In this document: piece by piece, positions 27,683 to 36,249 of the stretch
How positions within the stretch are numbered: position 1 is the first letter of the stretch
Layout: each line of letters begins with the position of its first letter
Assembly (NCBI GenBank): GCA_043732305.1
Contig: JAYTHU010000010.1
Coordinates: 1 to 47,279 of the forward strand
Origin: Oligoflexia bacterium
Lineage (GTDB): Bacteria > Bdellovibrionota > Bdellovibrionia > JABDDW01
Length of the DNA stretch: 47,279 nucleotides
Reading direction: 5' to 3'
The notes under the pieces: model-generated
The model's input: only the letters and a program-made list of their open reading frames with translations
Told to the model about the DNA's origin: nothing
Database searches by the model: none
Position numbers and translations under genes: made by a program

Positions 27683-29482
27683 ATGAAATTTTATATCGCC
27701 TTATTATCGACACTCTGTCTTTCGACCGTGGTCAATGCCCAAGAGCCTTGCTTGGTCATCCTTGAGTCACTCAATAACCTCGATAAACCTGAGACTCATT
27801 TTGCCGCCGGATACAAATTGAGTCAGTCAGATTTTTGCCTAGCTTTAGAAAATCCTGAAACTGCGGAACTCGCGGGTTCACTAAAAGAGTTGATTGGATA
27901 TGTTGGGGGCTTGAGTGAAGTTTCTTTTGTCGATCTGGCACCCCATATGAGAAAGTACTTAAAAGATGAAGGTCTTGTGAAGTACTCGGCTGATTTCGCA
28001 GATAGGCCTGCGGTCTTTCCGAGAGAGTTCTACGAAAAATTTCTGGCCAACCCAGCGGTAGATCTTGAAAAACTTGAAACCAGTTACTCAGATTTGCGTT
28101 CCCAGTCTATTTCAGAAAAACTTTCCGACAATGCTCTACTTATTCTTGCCTATGCCACTAGGAATTTAGAATCGTACCGGTTTTCCGCCGACGTTGTACG
28201 GACGAATCTTCGCCGAATAATCAAAACTTATCTAATGAGTATTACTTCCGCTAGAATTCCTAGTTTCAAGGATTTCGTGGATGGGAACGACAAAATGTTT
28301 GTTTTCTATGCTCATTACACAAGAAACGCCGCCGTTAATCTTTCGAAAGAACTAGGAGGGCCGGAATTCACAAGTGGATCTGGTACGGCTTATTTTGATT
28401 TGGTAAAAGAAAAAATTCAGTCTTTAAGTCCTCTCAGCTTAGAGGATAAAGTACGAGTGTCCAAACATTTATTGGAGCCCGAGCTTGGACCTTGGGTAAA
28501 TAAAACTTATCGGTTCGAATGGTTGCTTGCTTCAAGTCATGATCATAGTAAGAGCGAAAAATGGAACAATATGGGAAAGGATTTTCTTTACGATCTTTTT
28601 CAAAACTTTTCATTGAGCCTCGGAAATGATTCTCACGGCAAAGATCCACTTGCCATTATGGATATGGATAGGTTTATCAGTGAATATTCGGAGTCTTTTA
28701 CTTTTGGGAACTCCAAAAACACTATTTTCCTTAAAGATTTTCTCTGGCGCACTTTAATGCAAATTCAAGGGGTAACCGCGGTAGATCCAGTACAAATTCG
28801 GCAGAAGATTCAAGAAGAAATAGGGGGGGTCGGTTCTCGTCTTAGATATAAACTTAAGCTTATAGAGCAAGCAGCTGAAAAACAAAGGCCTGCAGTATTG
28901 CAATCGCATAAAGAAAATCAGATTAAAGATGCGGAAAGTTTTCAATTGAAGTCGGGAGGAATTAAAGTCGCTCAGATTCAAGGAGATGGGAAAAACCGTG
29001 CGGCCCGAAGAGAAGAAGCTAAGCGATTGTCAATAGCAACAACTTTGCCTTTGGTTATAAAGGTTCCACCCGCACTGGATCAAAGAGATCTTTTCTCGAG
29101 CATAAAATCTCAGGAATTAATTTCGGATCGTCGTTATTTTTTCAGAGGATTTGCTACTGTTTATGGTCACTCGGAGGTTGAAAAAGAAAATTCTTCGATT
29201 CAATTTGTGGTTATGAGACCGAGTGCTCTTGAGGATCTTCGAAAGAAAAATCTCGATGTCACTCCTTGGGTCAAGGCGTTTCTAGGTGGGCCTGCCACTG
29301 AAAACTCAAGCAATGGATTAAAAAGACTGCATGGTAGTCGAACTGCGCTCTGGGAAATAAAACTTGTGGGTAGCGGTTACAGGATTATTGTTCAGCAAGA
29401 AAAGTCAGAGAACACTTGGACATGGTTGGCGCTGGTGCCGCATGATCAGGTCCCCGGATATCGACTTAGGAATAGATTATAA
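27683..29482 (+). CDS. Secreted hypothetical protein with putative C-terminal RelE/ParE-like toxin domain
   Basis: Signal peptide MKFYIALLSTLCLSTVVNA; long helical middle region; residues ~506-599 read FVVMRPSALEDL...GLKRLHG...LWEIKL..SGYRII...WLALVPH. The CDS is secure; the domain call is pattern-based only. Confidence 0.6.
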   Translation: MKFYIALLSTLCLSTVVNAQEPCLVILESLNNLDKPETHFAAGYKLSQSDFCLALENPETAELAGSLKELIGYVGGLSEVSFVDLAPHMRKYLKDEGLVKYSADFADRPAVFPREFYEKFLANPAVDLEKLETSYSDLRSQSISEKLSDNALLILAYATRNLESYRFSADVVRTNLRRIIKTYLMSITSARIPSFKDFVDGNDKMFVFYAHYTRNAAVNLSKELGGPEFTSGSGTAYFDLVKEKIQSLSPLSLEDKVRVSKHLLEPELGPWVNKTYRFEWLLASSHDHSKSEKWNNMGKDFLYDLFQNFSLSLGNDSHGKDPLAIMDMDRFISEYSESFTFGNSKNTIFLKDFLWRTLMQIQGVTAVDPVQIRQKIQEEIGGVGSRLRYKLKLIEQAAEKQRPAVLQSHKENQIKDAESFQLKSGGIKVAQIQGDGKNRAARREEAKRLSIATTLPLVIKVPPALDQRDLFSSIKSQELISDRRYFFRGFATVYGHSEVEKENSSIQFVVMRPSALEDLRKKNLDVTPWVKAFLGGPATENSSNGLKRLHGSRTALWEIKLVGSGYRIIVQQEKSENTWTWLALVPHDQVPGYRLRNRL

Positions 29483-30502
29483 AACCTTTGCTGAGACTTC
29501 TTGGGGCAAAACATCTTTCATACATTTTTGATAGGTAGGATTAATACAAATTCCCGAACCATCTTTGGTGCAAGGTTGGCACCATAATTTAGTTTTTAGC
29601 GTCACGCTGCCGGGGCGATAGGTATGACCCAGGTGAGTTGGGCCGTTAATTCCAATCACGTCTTTGCCAAGGGCTTCTGCCATGTGCAACAGACCTGTGT
29701 CCCCAGCTATTAAAGTTTTGCAAAAAGTAATGGCCGCCGCACTCTCGAGTAGCTTTAATTTCCCCTGCATCGAGACAATTCTCTTCGGGCTTATTGTGAC
29801 GAGGTCATTGCAAAAATCATCCTTAGGCCCACCAAGCACAAGAAAATTATAGTCCGTTTTTTCGAGCAGAATTTTAAGCAATTCTTTCCAGTGGTCAAGT
29901 GGCCAGGTTTTCTTTGGCCATGCCGTTGCTGGAGCGATCGCGATAATTTCTGCTTCACTCGTTTCAAAAAATGACGCAGGTCTGGACAAAAAGGTAGCTG
30001 GTACCTTTTGGAGGAAGAGTTCGGAGCCTTTGTGATCATTGATGATTCCCCAAGCTTTAAGGGGTTCGATGTAAGTGTCTATGCCATTCCAGTATTTTTG
30101 AACGCTGTGGATTTTAAAGTAAAAGAGAAGAAAGCGGCGGAAGCGCTCTTTTGATCTTCGGATGAATAAGCTAGGATTGCCGGTTTTTATCGACTGAAGT
30201 TTCAAATACCAGCAAAGAATGCGCGAACGCATTTTGCCGTGGGCGTCGTAAACGTGGGTGTAATTTTCTAGTCTGATTTCTCGGCACAAAGCTAGCCAAC
30301 CGCGAAATCCGAGGTTGCGATCGAATGAAAATATCTTTGTAACATAAGGATTATGCTGCAGAAGTTCAAAATTATCCGAGCGCACAACCCAGTGAATTTG
30401 CGCGTCCGGAAACTTTCCGAGCAGCAATCGGGGAACGGCAAGTGCTTGAATAATGTCGCCAATGCTTGAAAGTCGAATGACGAGTATTTTAGTTTTTTCC
30501 AT
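29477..30502 (-). CDS. Glycosyltransferase family 9 (LPS heptosyltransferase, WaaC/WaaF-like)
   Basis: KILVIRLSSIGD, KKTWP, GDTGLLHMAEALG, GPT, CQPC...C...CM; start MEKTK at 30502. Confidence 0.92.
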   Translation of the reverse strand: MEKTKILVIRLSSIGDIIQALAVPRLLLGKFPDAQIHWVVRSDNFELLQHNPYVTKIFSFDRNLGFRGWLALCREIRLENYTHVYDAHGKMRSRILCWYLKLQSIKTGNPSLFIRRSKERFRRFLLFYFKIHSVQKYWNGIDTYIEPLKAWGIINDHKGSELFLQKVPATFLSRPASFFETSEAEIIAIAPATAWPKKTWPLDHWKELLKILLEKTDYNFLVLGGPKDDFCNDLVTISPKRIVSMQGKLKLLESAAAITFCKTLIAGDTGLLHMAEALGKDVIGINGPTHLGHTYRPGSVTLKTKLWCQPCTKDGSGICINPTYQKCMKDVLPQEVSAKVL

Positions 30503-30561
30503 AGTTTTCACTAGATTTATCACCTCCAAATAGTGAATGATAGGCCAAAAATAGGGAGACA

Positions 30562-31557
30562 ATGAGCTCACCAATTGATTACAAATCTAGCGGCGTTGAT
30601 GTAGAGACAGGCGATCGGCTTGTGGACTGGATTCGGGAGCAAAAACCGACCGGCCCATTTAAGAACGTGGTTTCTGGCGTAGGGGGGTTCTCGGCCCTCT
30701 TCAAACTCGATCTCAAAAAATATAAAAATCCAATTCTGGTTTCATGCACTGACGGCGTGGGCACTAAAGTTAGACTCGCAGTGGAGCTTGATCGTGTTCA
30801 ACCCACCGGAGTTGATTTAGTTGCCATGTGCGTGAATGACATGATCACCAGCGGAGCGGATCCACTTTTTTTCCTCGATTACTATGCTTCGGGCAAACTT
30901 GATCTACGCCAAGCCAAAGAATTCCTGACCGGCGTTTTGGATGGACTCAGGCAAAGCGATTGTCATCTGATCGGCGGCGAAACGGCAGAAATGCCGGGGC
31001 ATTATAACAATGCGGATTACGATTGTGCGGGATTTTGTGTTGGCGCGATCAACGAAGAAGATGTTATCGACGGCAAGGATTTGAAAATCGGCGATGTGGC
31101 CGTTGGAATTGCTGCCAGCGGTTTTCACTCTAACGGCTATTCTTTGCTGCGAAAGCTTTTTGAGCATGACGCTAATGAGCATCGCGACCTTCTGATGACT
31201 CCAACGCGTATTTACGTCCCTCTCGTTAAGAATTTAAAATCTCAAGTTACAATCAAAGCTATGGCTCATATCACGGGCGGCGGGGTTATCGGCAATGTTC
31301 CGCGAGTGATGAAAGAAAACACCGCACTGAAATTGCAAAAATGGCCGTGGTCTGATCCTTATTTAGATGTGCAAAAACGTTCCGGACTTTCCGTCACGCA
31401 AATGCTTGAGACATTTAACTGCGGTATTGGCTACGTGATTTTTGTCGATCCCAAAGAAGTGCAGATCGTTATTGCGGAGAGTAAAAAGCTGGGTTGGACC
31501 GCGCAAAATATAGGAACATTAATCAAACATCAAGGTGAGCCCGAGGTTTTGATATGA
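30562..31557 (+). CDS. purM: Phosphoribosylformylglycinamidine cyclo-ligase
   Basis: YKSSGVD, DGVGTK, DLVAMCVND, GGETAEMPG, GFHSNGYSL, HITGGG, FNCGIG. Confidence 0.98.
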   Translation: MSSPIDYKSSGVDVETGDRLVDWIREQKPTGPFKNVVSGVGGFSALFKLDLKKYKNPILVSCTDGVGTKVRLAVELDRVQPTGVDLVAMCVNDMITSGADPLFFLDYYASGKLDLRQAKEFLTGVLDGLRQSDCHLIGGETAEMPGHYNNADYDCAGFCVGAINEEDVIDGKDLKIGDVAVGIAASGFHSNGYSLLRKLFEHDANEHRDLLMTPTRIYVPLVKNLKSQVTIKAMAHITGGGVIGNVPRVMKENTALKLQKWPWSDPYLDVQKRSGLSVTQMLETFNCGIGYVIFVDPKEVQIVIAESKKLGWTAQNIGTLIKHQGEPEVLI

Positions 31558-32123
31558 GTTTGGGCGTGCTGATCTCTGGAAACGGAAGCACGATGCAAGC
31601 AGTTCTTGATGTCCCAGAAATAAACGTAAGCGTGGTGATCTCAAGCAACGCAAATGCATACGGAATTATTCGCGCAAAAAGAATGGGTGTTCCCGTTGAG
31701 ATTTTGCCAATCGAATTGAAATCGAAGGAAAATAAGCCAGCTTCTGAAAAATGGTTTCTAGAAACCCTGAGAAAATATCGGGTTACGAAACTCATGCTCG
31801 CGGGTTTCATGAGGATTCTAAGTTCTGAATTTATTTCGAATTTCAAAATGGAAACGGGTGGAGAGATCATTAATATTCACCCTTCATTGCTGCCAGCATA
31901 CAAAGGCAAATCGGCTTTTGAAGATGCTATAGAACATGGTGAAACTAATCTGGGTGTGACAATGCATCATGTGGTTCTCGAGGTCGATGCTGGTGCAACA
32001 ATATTGCAAAGAAAATTTAAAAGACCTCCGGAATCCGCTTCAATGAAACTTTCTCTGCATATTCACGAGCAAGAAGCTATTAAAACTGCCCTGAGGAAGA
32101 CAATTATGGAGGACCGCAAATGA
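31554..32123 (+). CDS. purN: Phosphoribosylglycinamide formyltransferase
   Basis: LISGNGS, LAGFMRIL, NIHPSLLP, GVTMH, VDAG. Confidence 0.93.
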   Translation: MSLGVLISGNGSTMQAVLDVPEINVSVVISSNANAYGIIRAKRMGVPVEILPIELKSKENKPASEKWFLETLRKYRVTKLMLAGFMRILSSEFISNFKMETGGEIINIHPSLLPAYKGKSAFEDAIEHGETNLGVTMHHVVLEVDAGATILQRKFKRPPESASMKLSLHIHEQEAIKTALRKTIMEDRK

Positions 32124-33442
32124 GTACGCCAATCGCACGTATTGTTATTATGGGATCTCATCATCGTGGACTTTGGCTTGCGCAGGAATTGGCTTTGCAG
32201 AAATTTGAAGTCACCTGGATTCAAACGCAGAATCTTCTCAGTTCTGGAGATCGAGTATGGCAGGCGGGGAGTCAAAATAAGTTTGAAGGACTCACTGCTT
32301 CGGCGCAAGATTTTGTGACTAAAACGTTTGAGACGTCGGTTCAAGAAAATTTTCAAGTGATTACTCCTCTTGGACTTTTTGATTTTTCGAAAGAACTTTT
32401 GCCCCAGTCTCTCGCTAGCTTTTTCTCGTCGGAAAATTCGCAGCTTTTGGAAAAATATAAAGATTCTATCATTCGAAATAATCAATCCTTAAGCGGGGCT
32501 TTAGAACATAAACTTGCTCGAATTCCTAAATCCCAACGTTGGTGTTTGGAATGGATGGGACCTCTAAGTTTCCATTATGATAATCAATCCATCAAAGGTT
32601 CTGAAATCAGCCTCATCAATTATCTGCTTGCGGGTAACCACTCGTCTACGTTTCAAAAAAATGCTTTGAATTGGGTTGAAGGAAAAACGCCCAAAGTTAA
32701 AATTTTGGAAAATTCCAAGGTTATAGATATTGCACATGATGGTTGGAGAGTGACTGGTATTGAGCTTGAGCAATCCACAGGATTTTTACCATGCGACGAA
32801 TTGGTTTTTTCTTCATCCAGTGAAAACATAAAAAAGCGATATCCAAAGTTTTCAGAAAAAATGCGTGTGATTCAGGGCAATAGCGTGGAACCAAAGTTCA
32901 CTTGGATTCCAGTGCAAATTAAAATGAATAAAGATTCCAAGCCAAATGGACTACCCGTTTTTTCTTCCTATGTCATTGACCCACTCATGCCTTTGACAGG
33001 GCCTGGGTTTGGAATGATGAAGTGGACCAAGGAAGTCGATCACGACAAGCTAGTGGTTTGGTGCAAGATGCATACGACCGACATGAAAAAACAAAGTGTC
33101 ATCGAAAATTTAGTCGAAGAAATTCAAAAGAATCTGAGCGTGTTGATTTCATCCTTCGAGATGCAAGTCATTTCCGTCGAAATTCCCACGATAACTATTC
33201 AATCCGAGACTCATGATTATGTTTATGAAAAAGACGTGGATATTCATCGAGGAGAATTCAAAAAGAATTTGTGGTTGGCAGGAATAGAAACTGACAGTCG
33301 GCTCGATTTTATTTCTAGCTTAGAAACAGAAAAAGTTATTTTAGATAAATTGGTACATAAATATCGCAAGGAGCTAAAAGTTGATCGAGCGTTACACACG
33401 TCCCCAAATGGGAAGTCTTTGGGAAGCCAACCGTCGGTTTGA
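32120..33442 (+). CDS. Hypothetical protein with degenerate FAD-binding (phytoene-desaturase-like) fold
   Basis: RIVIMGSHHRGLWLAQELA...VTWIQ (altered Rossmann motif), VIDIAHDGWRVTGIEL, KNLWLAG; ATGA-coupled to purN and overlapping purB. Confidence 0.6.
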   Translation: MSTPIARIVIMGSHHRGLWLAQELALQKFEVTWIQTQNLLSSGDRVWQAGSQNKFEGLTASAQDFVTKTFETSVQENFQVITPLGLFDFSKELLPQSLASFFSSENSQLLEKYKDSIIRNNQSLSGALEHKLARIPKSQRWCLEWMGPLSFHYDNQSIKGSEISLINYLLAGNHSSTFQKNALNWVEGKTPKVKILENSKVIDIAHDGWRVTGIELEQSTGFLPCDELVFSSSSENIKKRYPKFSEKMRVIQGNSVEPKFTWIPVQIKMNKDSKPNGLPVFSSYVIDPLMPLTGPGFGMMKWTKEVDHDKLVVWCKMHTTDMKKQSVIENLVEEIQKNLSVLISSFEMQVISVEIPTITIQSETHDYVYEKDVDIHRGEFKKNLWLAGIETDSRLDFISSLETEKVILDKLVHKYRKELKVDRALHTSPNGKSLGSQPSV

Positions 33443-34661
33443 TTTTCTACTTCAGGTAGAGATTGCGGTTGCAGAAGCTCAAGCTGATCTTGGCGTCATT
33501 CCCAAGGCCGCAGCAAAAGCCATAGCCAGCCGAGGGAAATTTGATGTCGCTAGAATCAACGAATTGGAAAAAACCACAAAGCACGACATCATTGCATTTG
33601 TCACTAGCGTTGCTGAAAATGTTGGAGACCTAGGAAGATTTGTGCATTTTGCGCTGACTTCTTCCGATGTTTTAGATACGGCGTTGAGTCTGCAAATAAA
33701 AGAAGCCTCCGGAATTTTGGATACAACTTTGGCCGGACTTGAAACTTCTTTGAAAAAAGCTGCCAAAAAATATGCGGCAGCTTTGTGTGTGGGGCGCACT
33801 CACGGAATTCATGCCGAACCCACCACCTTTGGATTAAAAATGGCAGGATTTTTGGCTGAAACTCAGCGGAATCGCAAGCGAGTAAAAGAATCTTGTGAAC
33901 AAGCATCACGAGTGAAGTTGAGTGGAGCGGTTGGGACTTATTCTGCCTTAGGCACTGAGTTTGAAAAAGCCGTGAGCAGAAAATTAAAAATGCAGACTGA
34001 AACACTCGCAACGCAAGTGATCCCAAGGGATCGCCATGCGGAACTCATGACTTCGCTTGCGCTACTGGGAGCTGGGCTAGAGAGATTAGCTGTGGAGCTT
34101 AGACACTTACAAAGAACCGAAGTGGATGAGGTCGAAGAAGGATTCAAGCTTGGACAAAAAGGTTCCAGCGCTATGCCTCATAAAAAAAATCCGATTAGTT
34201 CGGAAAATATCACCGGACTTTCAAGGATCCTTCGGGCTAATGCGATGGCAGCCCTTGAAAACGTAGCTCTTTGGCACGAGCGAGACATCAGCCATTCATC
34301 CGTCGAGCGAGTGATTTTCCCCGATTCATTTATTTTAGCTGACTACATGGCAAGTCGCATGGCCGACATCATTGATGGCCTGGTCGTGAAGGAGCAGAAA
34401 ATGCTCGAGAATTTACAGATCACCAAAGGCAGAATTTTCAGCTCTCACGTTTTGTTGGCTTTGATTCAAAAAGGCATGAGTCGTGAAGATGCGTATAAAA
34501 TAATTCAATCTTTGTCGCACGGAAAATCCGGAGATCTAAAACAAGAGCTATTAAAAAATCCGCAAACTAAGAAACTTTTAAGCGTCAAAGAAGTAAATGA
34601 TATTTTTTCTGGGAAGAAACATCAGAAGTTGGTATCGGAACTCATAGAAAGGGTTTTGTAA
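33381..34661 (+). CDS. purB: Adenylosuccinate lyase
   Basis: MIERY (TTG start, RBS AAGGAG), KHDIIAF, TSSD, GRTHG, GSSAMPHKKNP, LWHERDISHSS. Confidence 0.98.
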   Translation: MIERYTRPQMGSLWEANRRFDFLLQVEIAVAEAQADLGVIPKAAAKAIASRGKFDVARINELEKTTKHDIIAFVTSVAENVGDLGRFVHFALTSSDVLDTALSLQIKEASGILDTTLAGLETSLKKAAKKYAAALCVGRTHGIHAEPTTFGLKMAGFLAETQRNRKRVKESCEQASRVKLSGAVGTYSALGTEFEKAVSRKLKMQTETLATQVIPRDRHAELMTSLALLGAGLERLAVELRHLQRTEVDEVEEGFKLGQKGSSAMPHKKNPISSENITGLSRILRANAMAALENVALWHERDISHSSVERVIFPDSFILADYMASRMADIIDGLVVKEQKMLENLQITKGRIFSSHVLLALIQKGMSREDAYKIIQSLSHGKSGDLKQELLKNPQTKKLLSVKEVNDIFSGKKHQKLVSELIERVL

Positions 34662-35384
34662 GTGCAGAAAAAAGAATTGATCTATGAGGGCAAGGCAAAA
34701 AAAGTTTTCGCAACAGATAGCCCTGATTTCCTCATCACGGAATTCAAAAACAGTCTCACTGCATTCAACGCAAAAAAGCGTGGATCTTTTGGCGGCAAAG
34801 GCGAGATCAATCAAAAAATCACCACATTGATTTTTCAGAGACTGGAAGCCTCGGGAATTAAATCACATTTTGTAGAAAACATTTCCGGCGCCCCGGAGAT
34901 GCTAGTCAAGAAATTGAAAATGATTCCGCTGGAAGTTGTTGTTCGCAATAGAGCTGCAGGGTCTTTCTCTACACGCTTCGGAATTCCAGAGGGAGTTCCT
35001 TTTGATGCTCCTTTTGTTGAATTCTATTACAAAAAAGACGAACTCAATGATCCCTTGATGGCCGAAGAACATATCTTGGCCTTAAAAATTGCATCAAGTA
35101 GTCAGATCGCCATGTTCAAAGCGCTTGCTTTAGACATTAACTCAGTCTTGAAAAGTCTCTTTCGCGAAATGGATATCATTTTGATCGATTTCAAAATCGA
35201 GCTTGGCCGAGACGTAAACGGTGAGGTGATTTTGGGAGATGAAATCAGTCCTGATTCTTGCAGACTTTGGGATGCAAATTCTGGGGAGAGACTAGATAAA
35301 GACAGATTTAGAAGAGATTTAGGACGAGTTCAAGAAAGTTATGAACTTATTTTAAGCCGATTAGAAAAGGTCGTAAAAAAATGA
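34662..35384 (+). CDS. purC: SAICAR synthetase
   Basis: YEGKAK, IPLEVVVRN, KDELNDP, DFKIELG, DEISPDSCRLWD, DKDRFR. Confidence 0.98.
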   Translation: MQKKELIYEGKAKKVFATDSPDFLITEFKNSLTAFNAKKRGSFGGKGEINQKITTLIFQRLEASGIKSHFVENISGAPEMLVKKLKMIPLEVVVRNRAAGSFSTRFGIPEGVPFDAPFVEFYYKKDELNDPLMAEEHILALKIASSSQIAMFKALALDINSVLKSLFREMDIILIDFKIELGRDVNGEVILGDEISPDSCRLWDANSGERLDKDRFRRDLGRVQESYELILSRLEKVVKK

Positions 35385-35608
35385 AAAAATTTAAAGTTGA
35401 AATCATGCCCCGAGAAGAAGCTCTCGATCCTCAAGGCCGCGCGGTCAAGGGAGCCCTCTCAAGACTAGGTTTTGAAACTTCTGATTGTCGCGTTGGAAAA
35501 ATAGTTTTTCTTGAATCCGCAGATGCCAGTCTGAAATCTGTTGAAGAGATGGCGGAAAAGATTTTGGCCAATCCCTTGATTGAAACTTATAAAGTGAGTG
35601 AAATTTGA
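35381..35608 (+). CDS. purS: FGAM synthase subunit PurS
   Basis: LDPQG, RVGK, LANPLIE. Confidence 0.96.
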   Translation: MKKFKVEIMPREEALDPQGRAVKGALSRLGFETSDCRVGKIVFLESADASLKSVEEMAEKILANPLIETYKVSEI

Positions 35609-36249
35609 AACCTGTAGGAGTGTTGAGGTTTTTAGGAACCAATTGCGATGCGGATATTATCCAGGCGTATCAAGATTTAAATAAATCTGCTCAATATATT
35701 TGGTGGGCCGATAGATTTAATGTGGATGATTACTGCGGATTTATTTTACCCGGTGGGTTCAGCTACGGAGATTATTTAAGATGCGGAGCTCTCGCCGCTC
35801 ACAGCCCGGCCATGCAAGATGTTTTGGCAGCCGCGGAAAAAGGATTTCCTGTTTTAGGAATCTGTAATGGGTTTCAAATTCTCTGCGAAGCGGGTTTGCT
35901 AGAGGGGGCGTTGACTAAAAATACCTCTCGGCAATTCCAAGAGGAGTGGGTTGAGCTTAAAAATATGGGAAGTGTTTGTGAATGGGAACCCCAGTCTGAA
36001 AACTTGCGACTTCCGATCGCTCATTCAATGGGTATGTTTATAGCTCCTGAAGATTCTCTCAAAAAACTTCAAGATCAAAATCAAATCTGGCTCAAGTACG
36101 AAACTAATCCTAACGGAGCAATGCAAGATATCGCAGGCATTTGCAATGCTAAAGGAAATGTTGCCGCACTGATGCCTCACCCGGAACGCGCGATGCAAAA
36201 ATGGATGGGTAGCGATGATGGCAGAAGTATTCTCGAGAGGTTGATATGA
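35605..36249 (+). CDS. purQ: FGAM synthase glutaminase subunit PurQ
   Basis: [35 protein letters not shown]. Confidence 0.97.
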   Translation: MKPVGVLRFLGTNCDADIIQAYQDLNKSAQYIWWADRFNVDDYCGFILPGGFSYGDYLRCGALAAHSPAMQDVLAAAEKGFPVLGICNGFQILCEAGLLEGALTKNTSRQFQEEWVELKNMGSVCEWEPQSENLRLPIAHSMGMFIAPEDSLKKLQDQNQIWLKYETNPNGAMQDIAGICNAKGNVAALMPHPERAMQKWMGSDDGRSILERLI

